Of a stretch of 64,000 bases of DNA, positions 47,444 through 55,613 are shown one piece after another. The DNA comes from Vicinamibacterales bacterium (GTDB lineage Bacteria; Acidobacteriota; Vicinamibacteria; Vicinamibacterales; UBA8438): contig OZ244838.1 in the NCBI GenBank assembly GCA_965220695.1, forward strand, positions 2,623,274 through 2,687,273, in the 5' to 3' direction. Positions within the stretch are counted from its first letter, which is position 1, and each line of letters opens with the position of its first letter. The notes under the pieces are model-generated. The model had not been told where the DNA came from. It saw only the letters and a program-made list of their open reading frames with translations, and did not search any database. A program made the position numbers and the translations under genes.

Positions 47444-48843
47444 GCGACCTGCTCCGGCACAGGCTCGGCTCAGCAGTACCACGGCTCGTTGAGAAACGGC
47501 ACCGCGGCGCGGGTCCGCCCGCCGCCGGTACGGGTTGGCGCGCGCCCGATGCGATCCGCCGTCAGGGCGCACAGCTCCTCGAAGACCACGGACCGCGACG
47601 CGTTGATGCGGCGACCGACCACGGCCGCGGCATCGGCCTGCAACTTGTCGACGCGCGGGTCCCGGTGTCTCCAGGGATAGACGAGACGCGTGGCGTCGAA
47701 CGGTCCGAGCTCGGCCCCCAGCGCGCCGCGGTCGAGGTCGAGCAACCGCGACCCGCGCGGGATCAGCAGCCGCAGCGTCAGTTGGATCGGCGCCACCTCC
47801 GCCACCAGGTCCAGCGCGTCGATGGTGCGCAGCAACTCGACATAGCCGTCGAGCGTCGTCCAGGGCGTGAACGGGATGAAGGTCGGCGCCAACGCCAGTC
47901 CGAGATCCCGGCAGCGGCCGACGACGAACTCGAAATCGGCGCGGGTATGCCCCTTGTCCAACAGGTCCAGCACGGCGTCATCGATCGACTCGACCGCCGT
48001 CACCACGAACAGGCAGCCGGTGTCCCGCAGTCTGGCCAGGTGCCGCTCGTGGCGCCTGAGATGCTCGACCTTGATCGTGACGTCATAGGTGACGGAGGGA
48101 AACTCGCGATCGAACGCGTCGACGAGCGCGACCGCGTGCCCCGGACCGTTGAAGAAATCGGGGTCGCCGAAAGTGATGTGCTGCGCCCCGGCCTCGACCT
48201 GCGCCCGCACGTCGGCCAGCACGACGTCCAGAGGAATCACGCGGAACCGGCCGCCGTAGACCGGCACCACCGGACAATGCCGGCACAGATGCCTGCAGCC
48301 CCGGCTGGCCTCGGTATAGCCGGCGACGCGCCGGGCGCCGTCGGGCGTCTGCAGGGACGCGTAGCGCGCCAGCGGCGGCAGCCCCGCGCGGTCCGGCGTA
48401 CGGAACCGCAGCCGCGGCACGCCCCCGACGCCCGCGGCGGGGACAGCGGGGGCACGCGGCCGGCCGCAGGCCAGGTCGAGCAGGTCCTGCTCGAACTCGC
48501 CCCCCAGCACATCCTGCACGCCAAGGTCGCGCAGCAACGTGGCGTTCAGCGGGGCGTACAGGCCATAGCCGCAGAGCCGCGCCGCCGGCGCCAGCGCACG
48601 CACCCGGCGAATCACCGGGACGGCGAGCCGCGTGGCGGTGTGCATCGGCAGATGAAACGCGATGAGGTCGCTCTCGAACGCCTCGGGGCGGAACGGTTCG
48701 CGAGACAGGTCGACGGTCGTGACCTGCACGCCCGCCTCGCGCAGCCAGGCCGCCGGCGACGCCAACCCGAACGGCTGGTGCCCCAACTCGTAGGTCGCCA
48801 CCAGCGTGGTCCGCCGGTTCGCGTCCGCCCCGGCCGTGGTCAC
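47434..48843 (-). CDS. radical SAM protein (B12-binding-like N-terminus) with a C-U-A-E-P tail; in-frame UGA at 47470-47472 is probably selenocysteine
   Basis: CxxxCxxC 'GCRHLCRHC'. GTG start overlaps the symporter TGA (GTGA). The ORF reads ...PFLNEPWYC-TGA-AEPVPEQVALV-TGA. A SECIS-like hairpin lies 13 nt downstream of the first TGA. Confidence 0.75.
47439..47457 (-). promoter_or_regulatory. candidate bacterial SECIS hairpin
   Basis: mRNA CCGGAGC-AGGUC-GCUCUGG: a 7-bp stem (one G.U pair) and a 5-nt loop containing GGU. It spans +13 to +31 after the UGA. Confidence 0.5.
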
Positions 48844-50270
48844 GCCCGCCCCACGTGCAGCGCGGCGACCTCCGCGTCGGTCTGCGGCGGGGTCAGCAGG
48901 CTGACGACGACCAGCGTGGCAATCGACAGGGTCAGCGCCGGATACGCCGTCTCGAGACCGAGCGGATAGGCAGCCACCCCATCGACGCCGCGCACCAGCC
49001 CCGCAATCTCCCAGATCAGCGTCGTGAGCATGCCGGCCAGGATCGACGCGACGCCGCCCCAGCGGGTCGCCCGGCGCCAGAGCAGCGCCCCCAGCAGCGC
49101 CGGCGTGATGCCGGCGCCGTACATGGTGTATGCCCACAGGGCCATCGCCAGGATGGACGGAAAGAAGCTGCCCGCGACGTAGCCGAGGCCCCCGAGCACG
49201 GCCACTGCCATCCGCGTGTAGATGATCACCTGGCGGTCCGTGGCGCCGGGGTTGAGGAACCGCTGGTAGACGTCGCGAATCAGGTTGGTCGACGGGGTCA
49301 GCAGGAAGCTGTTGGCGGTCGAGACGATGATGGCGGCCGCCCCGCACACCAGCACCACCCCCACGAACGGGGGCAGGACGTCGGTCGCCACCCGGATCAC
49401 GATCTCCTCGGACTGCGCAACGCTCAGGCCGGGCATGATCGTGCTGGCGAGGATGCCGGTCGAGTCGATCAACGTCTCGACCACGATGGTGCCGAGAATC
49501 CACGCCACGACCGCGGTGCGTGCGGCCCGTTCGTCGCGGGCGGAGAAGAACTTCTGGTACATGTTCGCTTCGCCGAGCAGCAGGAACATCGTCGGCAGAA
49601 AGAGCGCCAGCGACGCCTGCGGTCCGAGCGTCCCGAACAGCGAGACCTGATCGGGCCGCAGCGCCGCCACGGACGCACCCACGCCGCCGGCGTCCCCGAC
49701 CATGAACAGGACCGCCAGCATCACGCCGACCGTCATCAGAATGCCATTCCCCACGTCGAGATAGGCAATCGACAGCATGCCGGCCAGCGCCGTGAACGCC
49801 ACACAGAACATCATCGTGAAGAGCGCGCCGGTGTCGGGGTCCACGCCCGCGACCGCCGCCAGCAGGCGCCCGCCGCCGCGGAACTGGTAGGCGGCGATGG
49901 TGGCGTAGGCCAGCACCGTCGTCACGGTGCCGAGCACCCGCGCGGCCGGACCGTAGCGCAGCTCCAGAATGTCAGGCACCGTGTACTGTGCGATGCGCCG
50001 CACGCGGGGCGCGATGAAGAAGACGAGGGCAATCCCCACCCAGGCGCCCGCCGACTGCCAGAGCGCCGGAAACCCGGCGCGATACCCCAGCCCGGCCCCG
50101 GCGAACAGACTGCCCGACCCGATCCAGGTGGCCAGCAGCGTGAACACGAGCACACGCGCCGGCAGCGTGCGGCCGGCGACGAGGAAGTCGTCACTGGTCT
50201 TGACACGCCGGCTGCGGTACAAGCTGACCAGCACCAGGATGGACAGATAGAGGAGGACCGCGGTGCGCAT
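48840..50270 (-). CDS. sodium:solute symporter (SSS family)
   Basis: 476 aa with about 13 TM segments. 'DDFLVAGRTLP......LLATWIGSGSLFG.AGLGY' SSS signature. Confidence 0.85.
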   Translation of the reverse strand: MRTAVLLYLSILVLVSLYRSRRVKTSDDFLVAGRTLPARVLVFTLLATWIGSGSLFAGAGLGYRAGFPALWQSAGAWVGIALVFFIAPRVRRIAQYTVPDILELRYGPAARVLGTVTTVLAYATIAAYQFRGGGRLLAAVAGVDPDTGALFTMMFCVAFTALAGMLSIAYLDVGNGILMTVGVMLAVLFMVGDAGGVGASVAALRPDQVSLFGTLGPQASLALFLPTMFLLLGEANMYQKFFSARDERAARTAVVAWILGTIVVETLIDSTGILASTIMPGLSVAQSEEIVIRVATDVLPPFVGVVLVCGAAAIIVSTANSFLLTPSTNLIRDVYQRFLNPGATDRQVIIYTRMAVAVLGGLGYVAGSFFPSILAMALWAYTMYGAGITPALLGALLWRRATRWGGVASILAGMLTTLIWEIAGLVRGVDGVAAYPLGLETAYPALTLSIATLVVVSLLTPPQTDAEVAALHVGRA

Positions 50271-50425
50271 GCTGGTCTCGTTGTGCGCCTGAGTCGGTGT
50301 CGCGCCGGGCCGTGGCCGAACCGGGAGACGCCGACACGGCGCGCCCGTCGAACTCCGACATCATACCGGCATCCGCCGCCGCCCGTGAACGATCGGAATC
50401 GACCGGCGTGCCGCTGGCGGGGAAC

Positions 50426-50450
50426 GGGCGCCCACAAGGGGCGCCCCTAC
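50426..50450 (+). repeat. variant REP-like hairpin GGGCGCCCACAAGGGGCGCCCCTAC
   Basis: Same 25-nt unit as at 15046, with AA>GC and TT>GC changes that preserve the 8-bp stem. Confidence 0.7.
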
Positions 50451-50537
50451 ACGATCCGCGGTTGATCGGGGTGGTCCGGTCGACCCGGGCGCCCCCGCGC
50501 CACGGCGTGGCGCCTACCCAATATGCCTCCGCGCCCT

Positions 50538-50562
50538 GTAGGGGCAACCCTTGTGGTTGCCC
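50538..50562 (-). repeat. REP-like hairpin unit, inverted copy
   Basis: GTAGGGGCAACCCTTGTGGTTGCCC is the exact reverse complement of the unit at 15046. It lies 9 nt beyond the stop of the yvcK-like gene. Confidence 0.8.
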
Positions 50563-50570
50563 GGTGCCGG

Positions 50571-51543
50571 CTAACCGCCGGCCAGCAGGCGTTTCGCCAG
50601 CACCCCCCAGACGGCATAGGCCAGCCGCCGTCGGGCGTGACGGGCGAACCCCCCTTGCCAGAACTCGCCGGTCACGACCTCGCAGCCCTCCGGCATGGCA
50701 CCCACGGGCAGCGGTTCCTTGTGCTCGCCGGCGTAGCGCGCCAGCGCCTCTTCACCCGGGTGTCCGGTGTTGACGATCACGACGTCGACCGGCCGGCCTA
50801 TCGCCTCGCCGATGCGCGAGACCGCGGTCGCCGCGGTGAAGCCCTGCATGCCGCGTCCCTCGGTGAGCAGGTTGGTCACCAGCACGATCGGGCCGCGCAC
50901 CGCGACCATGGCGTCACGCACCCCGCGCGGCAGGAAGATCGGCACCAGACTCGTATAGAAACTGCCCGGCCCGATGATGCAGGCGTCGAATCGGGGGATG
51001 GCGTCGAGGGCCGCGGGATGGATACTGACCTCCGGTTCGAGCCAGATCCGGTTGATCCGGCGCCCCTGACTCTGCTCGACGTCGACCTCCACCTCGCCGC
51101 GGGTCGTCGACCCGTCCTGATACTCGGCGCACACCGTCGCCTGCTCGACACTGATCGGCCAGACCCGCCCGACACAGTCGAGCAGCGTCCGCAACCCGTC
51201 CACCGCCGCCAGGAAATCGCCGCTGTACTGCTCCATCATCGACAGCAGCAGGTTGCCGCCGGTATGTCCACCGAGCCGGTCATGCTCGAAGCCGGACAGG
51301 CGTGTCAGCAGAATCCGGCGCGCCTCCGTTTCGTTGCGCGCGAGCGCCAGTGCGCACCTGAGCACGTCACCCGGCGGCAGCACGCCGAGCTGGTCCCGCA
51401 GCACCCCGGAACTGCCGCCGCTGTCGAACATCGTGACGACGGCATTCAGCCGCAACCAGGGATTCTGCTTGAGCCCGCCCAGCACGCTGGGCAGCCCGGT
51501 GCCGCCGCCGAAACAGCCGATGTTCAACTGCCGCAAGCGCATC
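50571..51543 (-). CDS. YvcK/UPF0052 (CofD-like) family protein
   Basis: Start MRLRQLNIGCFGGGTGLPSVLGGLK. 'GPGSFYTSL.P' motif. The 140-aa N-terminal extension in the track ORF is low-complexity and unlikely to be coding. Confidence 0.75.
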
Positions 51544-52019
51544 GCCGCATTGTCCCGGATCTTGACCGTCACGATCCAGACGGGGGCAGCCGGTGGAGAA
51601 GCTGCCCGTATCAAGGGCAAGGGCTCGGACCTCGCCGCGTCTGCAGGAGGAATGTCGACTTGGGGAAGGACGAGCAGACGGAGGCGGCGGAGCGTGCGCG
51701 GAGGGCGACTCGTGGCCGCTCTCGGCGGGACGGCCGTTGCGGGTGCGTGATGGATGCCGCGCGGTCCGGTCTGTCCGGCCGGAGGCGTCAGAACCCGAGC
51801 GAGAGGGCGACTCCCCGGCGCCCGCGCGACAGCAGCGGCGAGACGGTCAGGCGTCGTGCGGAACCGGTTGCGCGATAGATGAGACGCTGTCCCTGGATCT
51901 TGTCGTCGACGATAGCGCCTACGAGTGCACCTTGGAGGCCACCTGACGTTAAGACCCAGATCCACGCGCCAAAGTCCGCGTCGTCACTATCACTCCGGGC
52001 GCATCGACTGTCTTGAACG

Positions 52020-52044
52020 AACCCTGAAGTTGGGCTGAAAAAAA
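52020..52044. repeat. left arm of a 24-bp perfect inverted repeat bracketing the regulator gene
   Basis: AACCCTGAAGTTGGGCTGAAAAAAA. Its reverse complement occurs at 53999-54022. Imperfect pairing extends to about 45 nt. Confidence 0.9.
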
Positions 52045-52066
52045 CCTGAGCGCGACGACCCGGCCG

Positions 52067-53992
52067 CTACCTGGCGCGGTCGGCCAGCCGGGTCAGAACG
52101 CGGTCGAAGCCGGTGGCACGCTCCAGCGGTTCGAGCAGCGGCTCGACCGGGATCGTCCACCCGGCGAAGGCGCTCGGGGGGTCGGTCAGCAGCGTGTCGA
52201 GTTGCGCGACGGCGTCGGCCGGGCGGCCGAGCAGCACGAGCGCGCCGGCGCGCGTCACGGCGGCCTCCGCGACCCGCCCACCCTTGTCGAGCTCCGCTAT
52301 CGCCTGCTCGGCCAGCGCCACGGCGGCACTTTTCTGGTGGTCCCGCCCCTCGGCGCCCGCGAGCAGGGCAAGTCCCAGATGTGCGCGCGCGTGGTCGGGA
52401 TGCGCCTCGAGCACCGCGCCGAAGCTGTCGCGGGCCGGGTCGTGCTGCCCGAGGCGGATGAATGCGAAGCCGCGGCCGACCTGCGACGCCGAGGCGTACT
52501 CCTGCGCGTACAGGTAGTTGTTGCGCGAGTGGCCGATCTCGAGGTCGAACTCGCGAAGCGCCTCGTCGACGTCTCCCTGCCTGAGCCGGGTGCAGCCCAG
52601 CAGCCAGTGCAGCCCGCTCGAGGGCAGCCGCTGCCGGCGCCCCAGTTGGCGGTCCTGGATCGCCGTGCCTTCGCGCAGCACCTGGTCGGCGCGGGCCAAC
52701 TCGTTGCGCGCCACGTGCACCATGGCCATGCTGAAGTGGGCGAACGCGAACTCGGAATAGTGTGCGAGGGCGCGCTCCTGGGAGCGCAGGCGCTCCTCGC
52801 CCCATGACGCGTGTCCAAGGATGAACAGGTGCATCCAGTTGTGCGGGTCCAGGGCGACGGCGCGGCGCGCCGCGGCCAGGGCCTCCGCCCGCCGGCCGGC
52901 GCTGACGAGCAGGAATCCCAGCGTGGCGTGCGCATCCGGCAGCCGCTCATTCAGCTCGATGGCGCGGTGCGCATGGAGCAGCGCCGACTCCAGACGGGCC
53001 CGGTCGGGCCGGTTCGCCGCACGCGTCAACTCGTAGATCGCGTGCTCGGCGTTGGCGAGTCCCGCATAGGCCAGGGCGTAACTCTGATCCAGGTCGACCG
53101 CCCGTGTGAAGGCGTCGACCGCGGCGGGCAGTTGCCGCGCGTCGAGCGACTGCAACAGCACGTAGCCTTCGGTCCCCGCGCGGTAGGCGTCGAGGCTCGA
53201 CGTCTCCCTCGAGACGAACTGTCCGGCGTCGACCGCGAGATCGAGACCGACGGAGAATTGCCGGACGATCTGATCCTCGATCTCGAAAATCGTGTCGAGC
53301 AGGCCATCCGCCTTCGCTGTCGCCACGGTGTCGCCCGTCTGCGCCTCGATGATGCGGGCGGTGACACGCAGGCGGTCCGCGACTCGCTGGTAGCTGCCCG
53401 TGACGACCAGATCGGCCTTGACCGCCGCCGCAACGTCGAGGGGCGACCGGTTGACATCGCCGGCGGCCTCGACGACCCGCCAGCGGTCGATGACCTGCAC
53501 TCCGTCGAGCGCCCGCAGATCGTTCGTCACCGTTTCGGCGATGCCGGAGGCCAGCCAGGTGTGCGCGTCGTCGCCGGTGAGGTTCGCGAAGTCCATGACG
53601 GCGATGGCGCGGCGGGAGAGGCGTGAGCGGTCAGTCTCTCCCGAGCGCGCATCTATCGCGACCGTGGCGATCCACCGATACCCCCGTCGGGGCACGGTCT
53701 CGATGAACCGAGGCGCGTTTGGCGTGTCATGCAAGGCCCGGCGGAGATCGGAGACCGCTTGCGTCAGGGTGTTCTCGGTCACGGCCACCCGCGGCCAGAG
53801 CGCGTCCAGCAACTCGTCCTTCGTGACCAGGCGATGCGGGCGCCTGAGCAGATAGACAAGCAGATCGAACGGACGCGGGGAGAGCGGCACCGGCGTGCCG
53901 GCGTGCCGCAACGTATAGGCCGCGGGATCGACCGTGAAGGCGCCGAACGTATACGACAAATCCTGCGAGGCCATCGGGCCGAATCGTAGCAC
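52067..53992 (-). CDS. winged-helix (OmpR/CadC-type) DNA-binding protein with C-terminal TPR repeats
   Basis: 'FTVDPAAYTLRHAGTPVPLSPRPFDLLVYLLRRPHRLVTKDELLDALWP...ETVPRRGYRW' trans_reg_C domain, then multiple TPRs. GTG 53992 or ATG 53974 as start. Confidence 0.75.
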   Translation of the reverse strand: MLRFGPMASQDLSYTFGAFTVDPAAYTLRHAGTPVPLSPRPFDLLVYLLRRPHRLVTKDELLDALWPRVAVTENTLTQAVSDLRRALHDTPNAPRFIETVPRRGYRWIATVAIDARSGETDRSRLSRRAIAVMDFANLTGDDAHTWLASGIAETVTNDLRALDGVQVIDRWRVVEAAGDVNRSPLDVAAAVKADLVVTGSYQRVADRLRVTARIIEAQTGDTVATAKADGLLDTIFEIEDQIVRQFSVGLDLAVDAGQFVSRETSSLDAYRAGTEGYVLLQSLDARQLPAAVDAFTRAVDLDQSYALAYAGLANAEHAIYELTRAANRPDRARLESALLHAHRAIELNERLPDAHATLGFLLVSAGRRAEALAAARRAVALDPHNWMHLFILGHASWGEERLRSQERALAHYSEFAFAHFSMAMVHVARNELARADQVLREGTAIQDRQLGRRQRLPSSGLHWLLGCTRLRQGDVDEALREFDLEIGHSRNNYLYAQEYASASQVGRGFAFIRLGQHDPARDSFGAVLEAHPDHARAHLGLALLAGAEGRDHQKSAAVALAEQAIAELDKGGRVAEAAVTRAGALVLLGRPADAVAQLDTLLTDPPSAFAGWTIPVEPLLEPLERATGFDRVLTRLADRAR

Positions 53993-53998
53993 TCAGCC

Positions 53999-54022
53999 TT
54001 TTTTCAGCCCAACTTCAGGGTT
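53999..54022. repeat. right arm of the 24-bp inverted repeat
   Basis: TTTTTTCAGCCCAACTTCAGGGTT. It begins 7 nt upstream of the regulator start codon and ends 41 nt upstream of the desaturase ATG. Confidence 0.9.
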
Positions 54023-54063
54023 TCGTCAGGACATGCGATGCGACCGCTGCCTAGGGTGAGGAT

Positions 54064-55023
54064 ATGAGCTACGAGGTTGACGAGACACCGCCGCCGGTCC
54101 GGACGCTGCGCCCCGCCGATGCGCTGGGCGGTGCGTTTGTCGGCTGGGCCCTGGCGTCGACCTGCGTGGGGTGGTGGCTCGCGACCCGCGCATCGATCGT
54201 GCCCTGGGCCGCGGGGCAGGCGGTCCTGGCGGCGGCGTTCCTGCAGTGGTTCGCGCTGTTGCACGAGTGCGGGCACGGGACGCTTTTCCGTACACGGCGG
54301 TTGAACACCCTCGTCGGTTCGGTCGCCGGGTTCTTCGCGCTGATCCCGTTTCGCTGCTGGAAGCCGATTCACGCGCGTCACCACAAGTGGACCGGGTGGC
54401 AGGATCTCGATCCGACCACCGCCGCGCTCGTGCCGCGGCCCCTGGGTCGTGTCGAACGATTCATCGTCAACGTCTGCTGGCGATACTGGATCCCGATCTT
54501 CTCGGTCCTTTATCGGGTAAGCAATTTCTGGAATCTGGCCCGGCTGCACCGGCTGATCGGCGCGAAGCCGGCCATGGCCCGCGCGATGGTCGTAGAGACC
54601 GCGGCGCTGGCGGCGGCCGGCGCCGCCCTGGTCGTCGCGCTGGGCCCGGCCGCGCTCGCCCGCAGCGCGGGCCTGGCCCTGGTGCTGGCGTTCGTAGTCG
54701 AGGACGTCATCATCCTCAGCCAGCACACCCACGTGCCGATGGGTCTGAGCCACGGCCGGGACGTGGCGCCGTACGGCGCGCTGGCCCAGGGACCGTTCAC
54801 CCGCTCGCTCCGGTTCCCGGGCTGGCTGTCACGGATGCTGCTGCACGTCGATGCACACGAGCTCCATCACATGTATCCCGCGGTGCCGGGGTATCGGTTG
54901 CGGGAGATCGGGCATCCGGCGCTGAACGAGGTGGGGTGGGCGGAATGGGTGCCGGCGGCGCGCGCGGTCCCCGGCGAGGTGTTCCTGTTCCAGAACCGCA
55001 ATCAGTCGGGGTTCGACGTATGA
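54064..55023 (+). CDS. membrane fatty acid desaturase family protein
   Basis: GGGTGAGG RBS. Three His boxes: HECGH, HARHH and HELHH. Confidence 0.8.
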   Translation: MSYEVDETPPPVRTLRPADALGGAFVGWALASTCVGWWLATRASIVPWAAGQAVLAAAFLQWFALLHECGHGTLFRTRRLNTLVGSVAGFFALIPFRCWKPIHARHHKWTGWQDLDPTTAALVPRPLGRVERFIVNVCWRYWIPIFSVLYRVSNFWNLARLHRLIGAKPAMARAMVVETAALAAAGAALVVALGPAALARSAGLALVLAFVVEDVIILSQHTHVPMGLSHGRDVAPYGALAQGPFTRSLRFPGWLSRMLLHVDAHELHHMYPAVPGYRLREIGHPALNEVGWAEWVPAARAVPGEVFLFQNRNQSGFDV

Positions 55024-55613
55024 CCGCCGCGGCCCTGCATCCGGTGGCGTGCGGCCTCTTCCTGGTGACCGCCTTCACGCTGTCCGGCCTGGCTCACACT
55101 GCGTGGCTGGCGGCGCCCCGCTCGCGGCGTTTCGCGGTGCCGCTCGACGGCGGACGCGTGCTCGGCGGCCGCCGGATCTTCGGCGATCACAAGACGGTGC
55201 GCGGCCTGCTGGTGATGGTGCCCGCCACCGGCGTCAGCTTCGCGCTGCTGGCGGTGCTGCTGGCGGCGGGACCGGGTATCGCGGCGTCCGGGCTGTGGGC
55301 GTTGTCGCCGGCGGCCTACAGCCTGCTCGGGACGTGGGCCGCGCTGGGCTTCATGGCCGGCGAACTGCCCAACTCGTTCATCAAACGCCGGCTCGGCATC
55401 CCGCCGGGTGCGGCGGCGAGGGGCCGGCGTCTGCGGGCGGTCTGTCTTGTCGCGGACCGGCTCGACTCGAGTGTGGGCATGCTGCTCGCGTTGGCGCTCG
55501 TCGTGCCGTTGTCCTGGCGCATCTGCCTGTTCGTGCTGCTCGCCGGACCGCTGATGCATGCGGCGTTCAGCGTCGCCCTGTTCCGTCTGCGGGTGAAGGC
55601 GAGGGCGGCATGA
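55020..55613 (+). CDS. CDP-archaeol synthase (CarS/DUF46)-like membrane protein
   Basis: ATGA overlap. 197 aa with about 5 TM segments. 'FGDHKTVRG', 'ELPNSFIKRRLGIPPG' and 'DRLDS' resemble CarS-family motifs. Assigned from memory of the family pattern. Confidence 0.5.
   Translation: MTAAALHPVACGLFLVTAFTLSGLAHTAWLAAPRSRRFAVPLDGGRVLGGRRIFGDHKTVRGLLVMVPATGVSFALLAVLLAAGPGIAASGLWALSPAAYSLLGTWAALGFMAGELPNSFIKRRLGIPPGAAARGRRLRAVCLVADRLDSSVGMLLALALVVPLSWRICLFVLLAGPLMHAAFSVALFRLRVKARAA

Noticed and set aside
50271-50420. Possible cobalamin riboswitch in the leader of the symporter/B12-like rSAM operon
   Set aside because: The only B12-box-like string (GGGAGACGCC) is on the wrong strand, and no GCCACUG core is present. 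Local hairpins alone are not evidence.
51788-52066. 92-codon open frame continuing in the same frame after the regulator's TAG stop, ending ...RRLTVSPLLSRGRRGVALSLGF* (outer-membrane-protein-like C-terminal Phe)
   Set aside because: It has no ATG/GTG/TTG start, runs through the inverted-repeat arm, and being in-frame has a 1-in-3 chance expectation. It may be a gene remnant, but that is not supportable as a feature.
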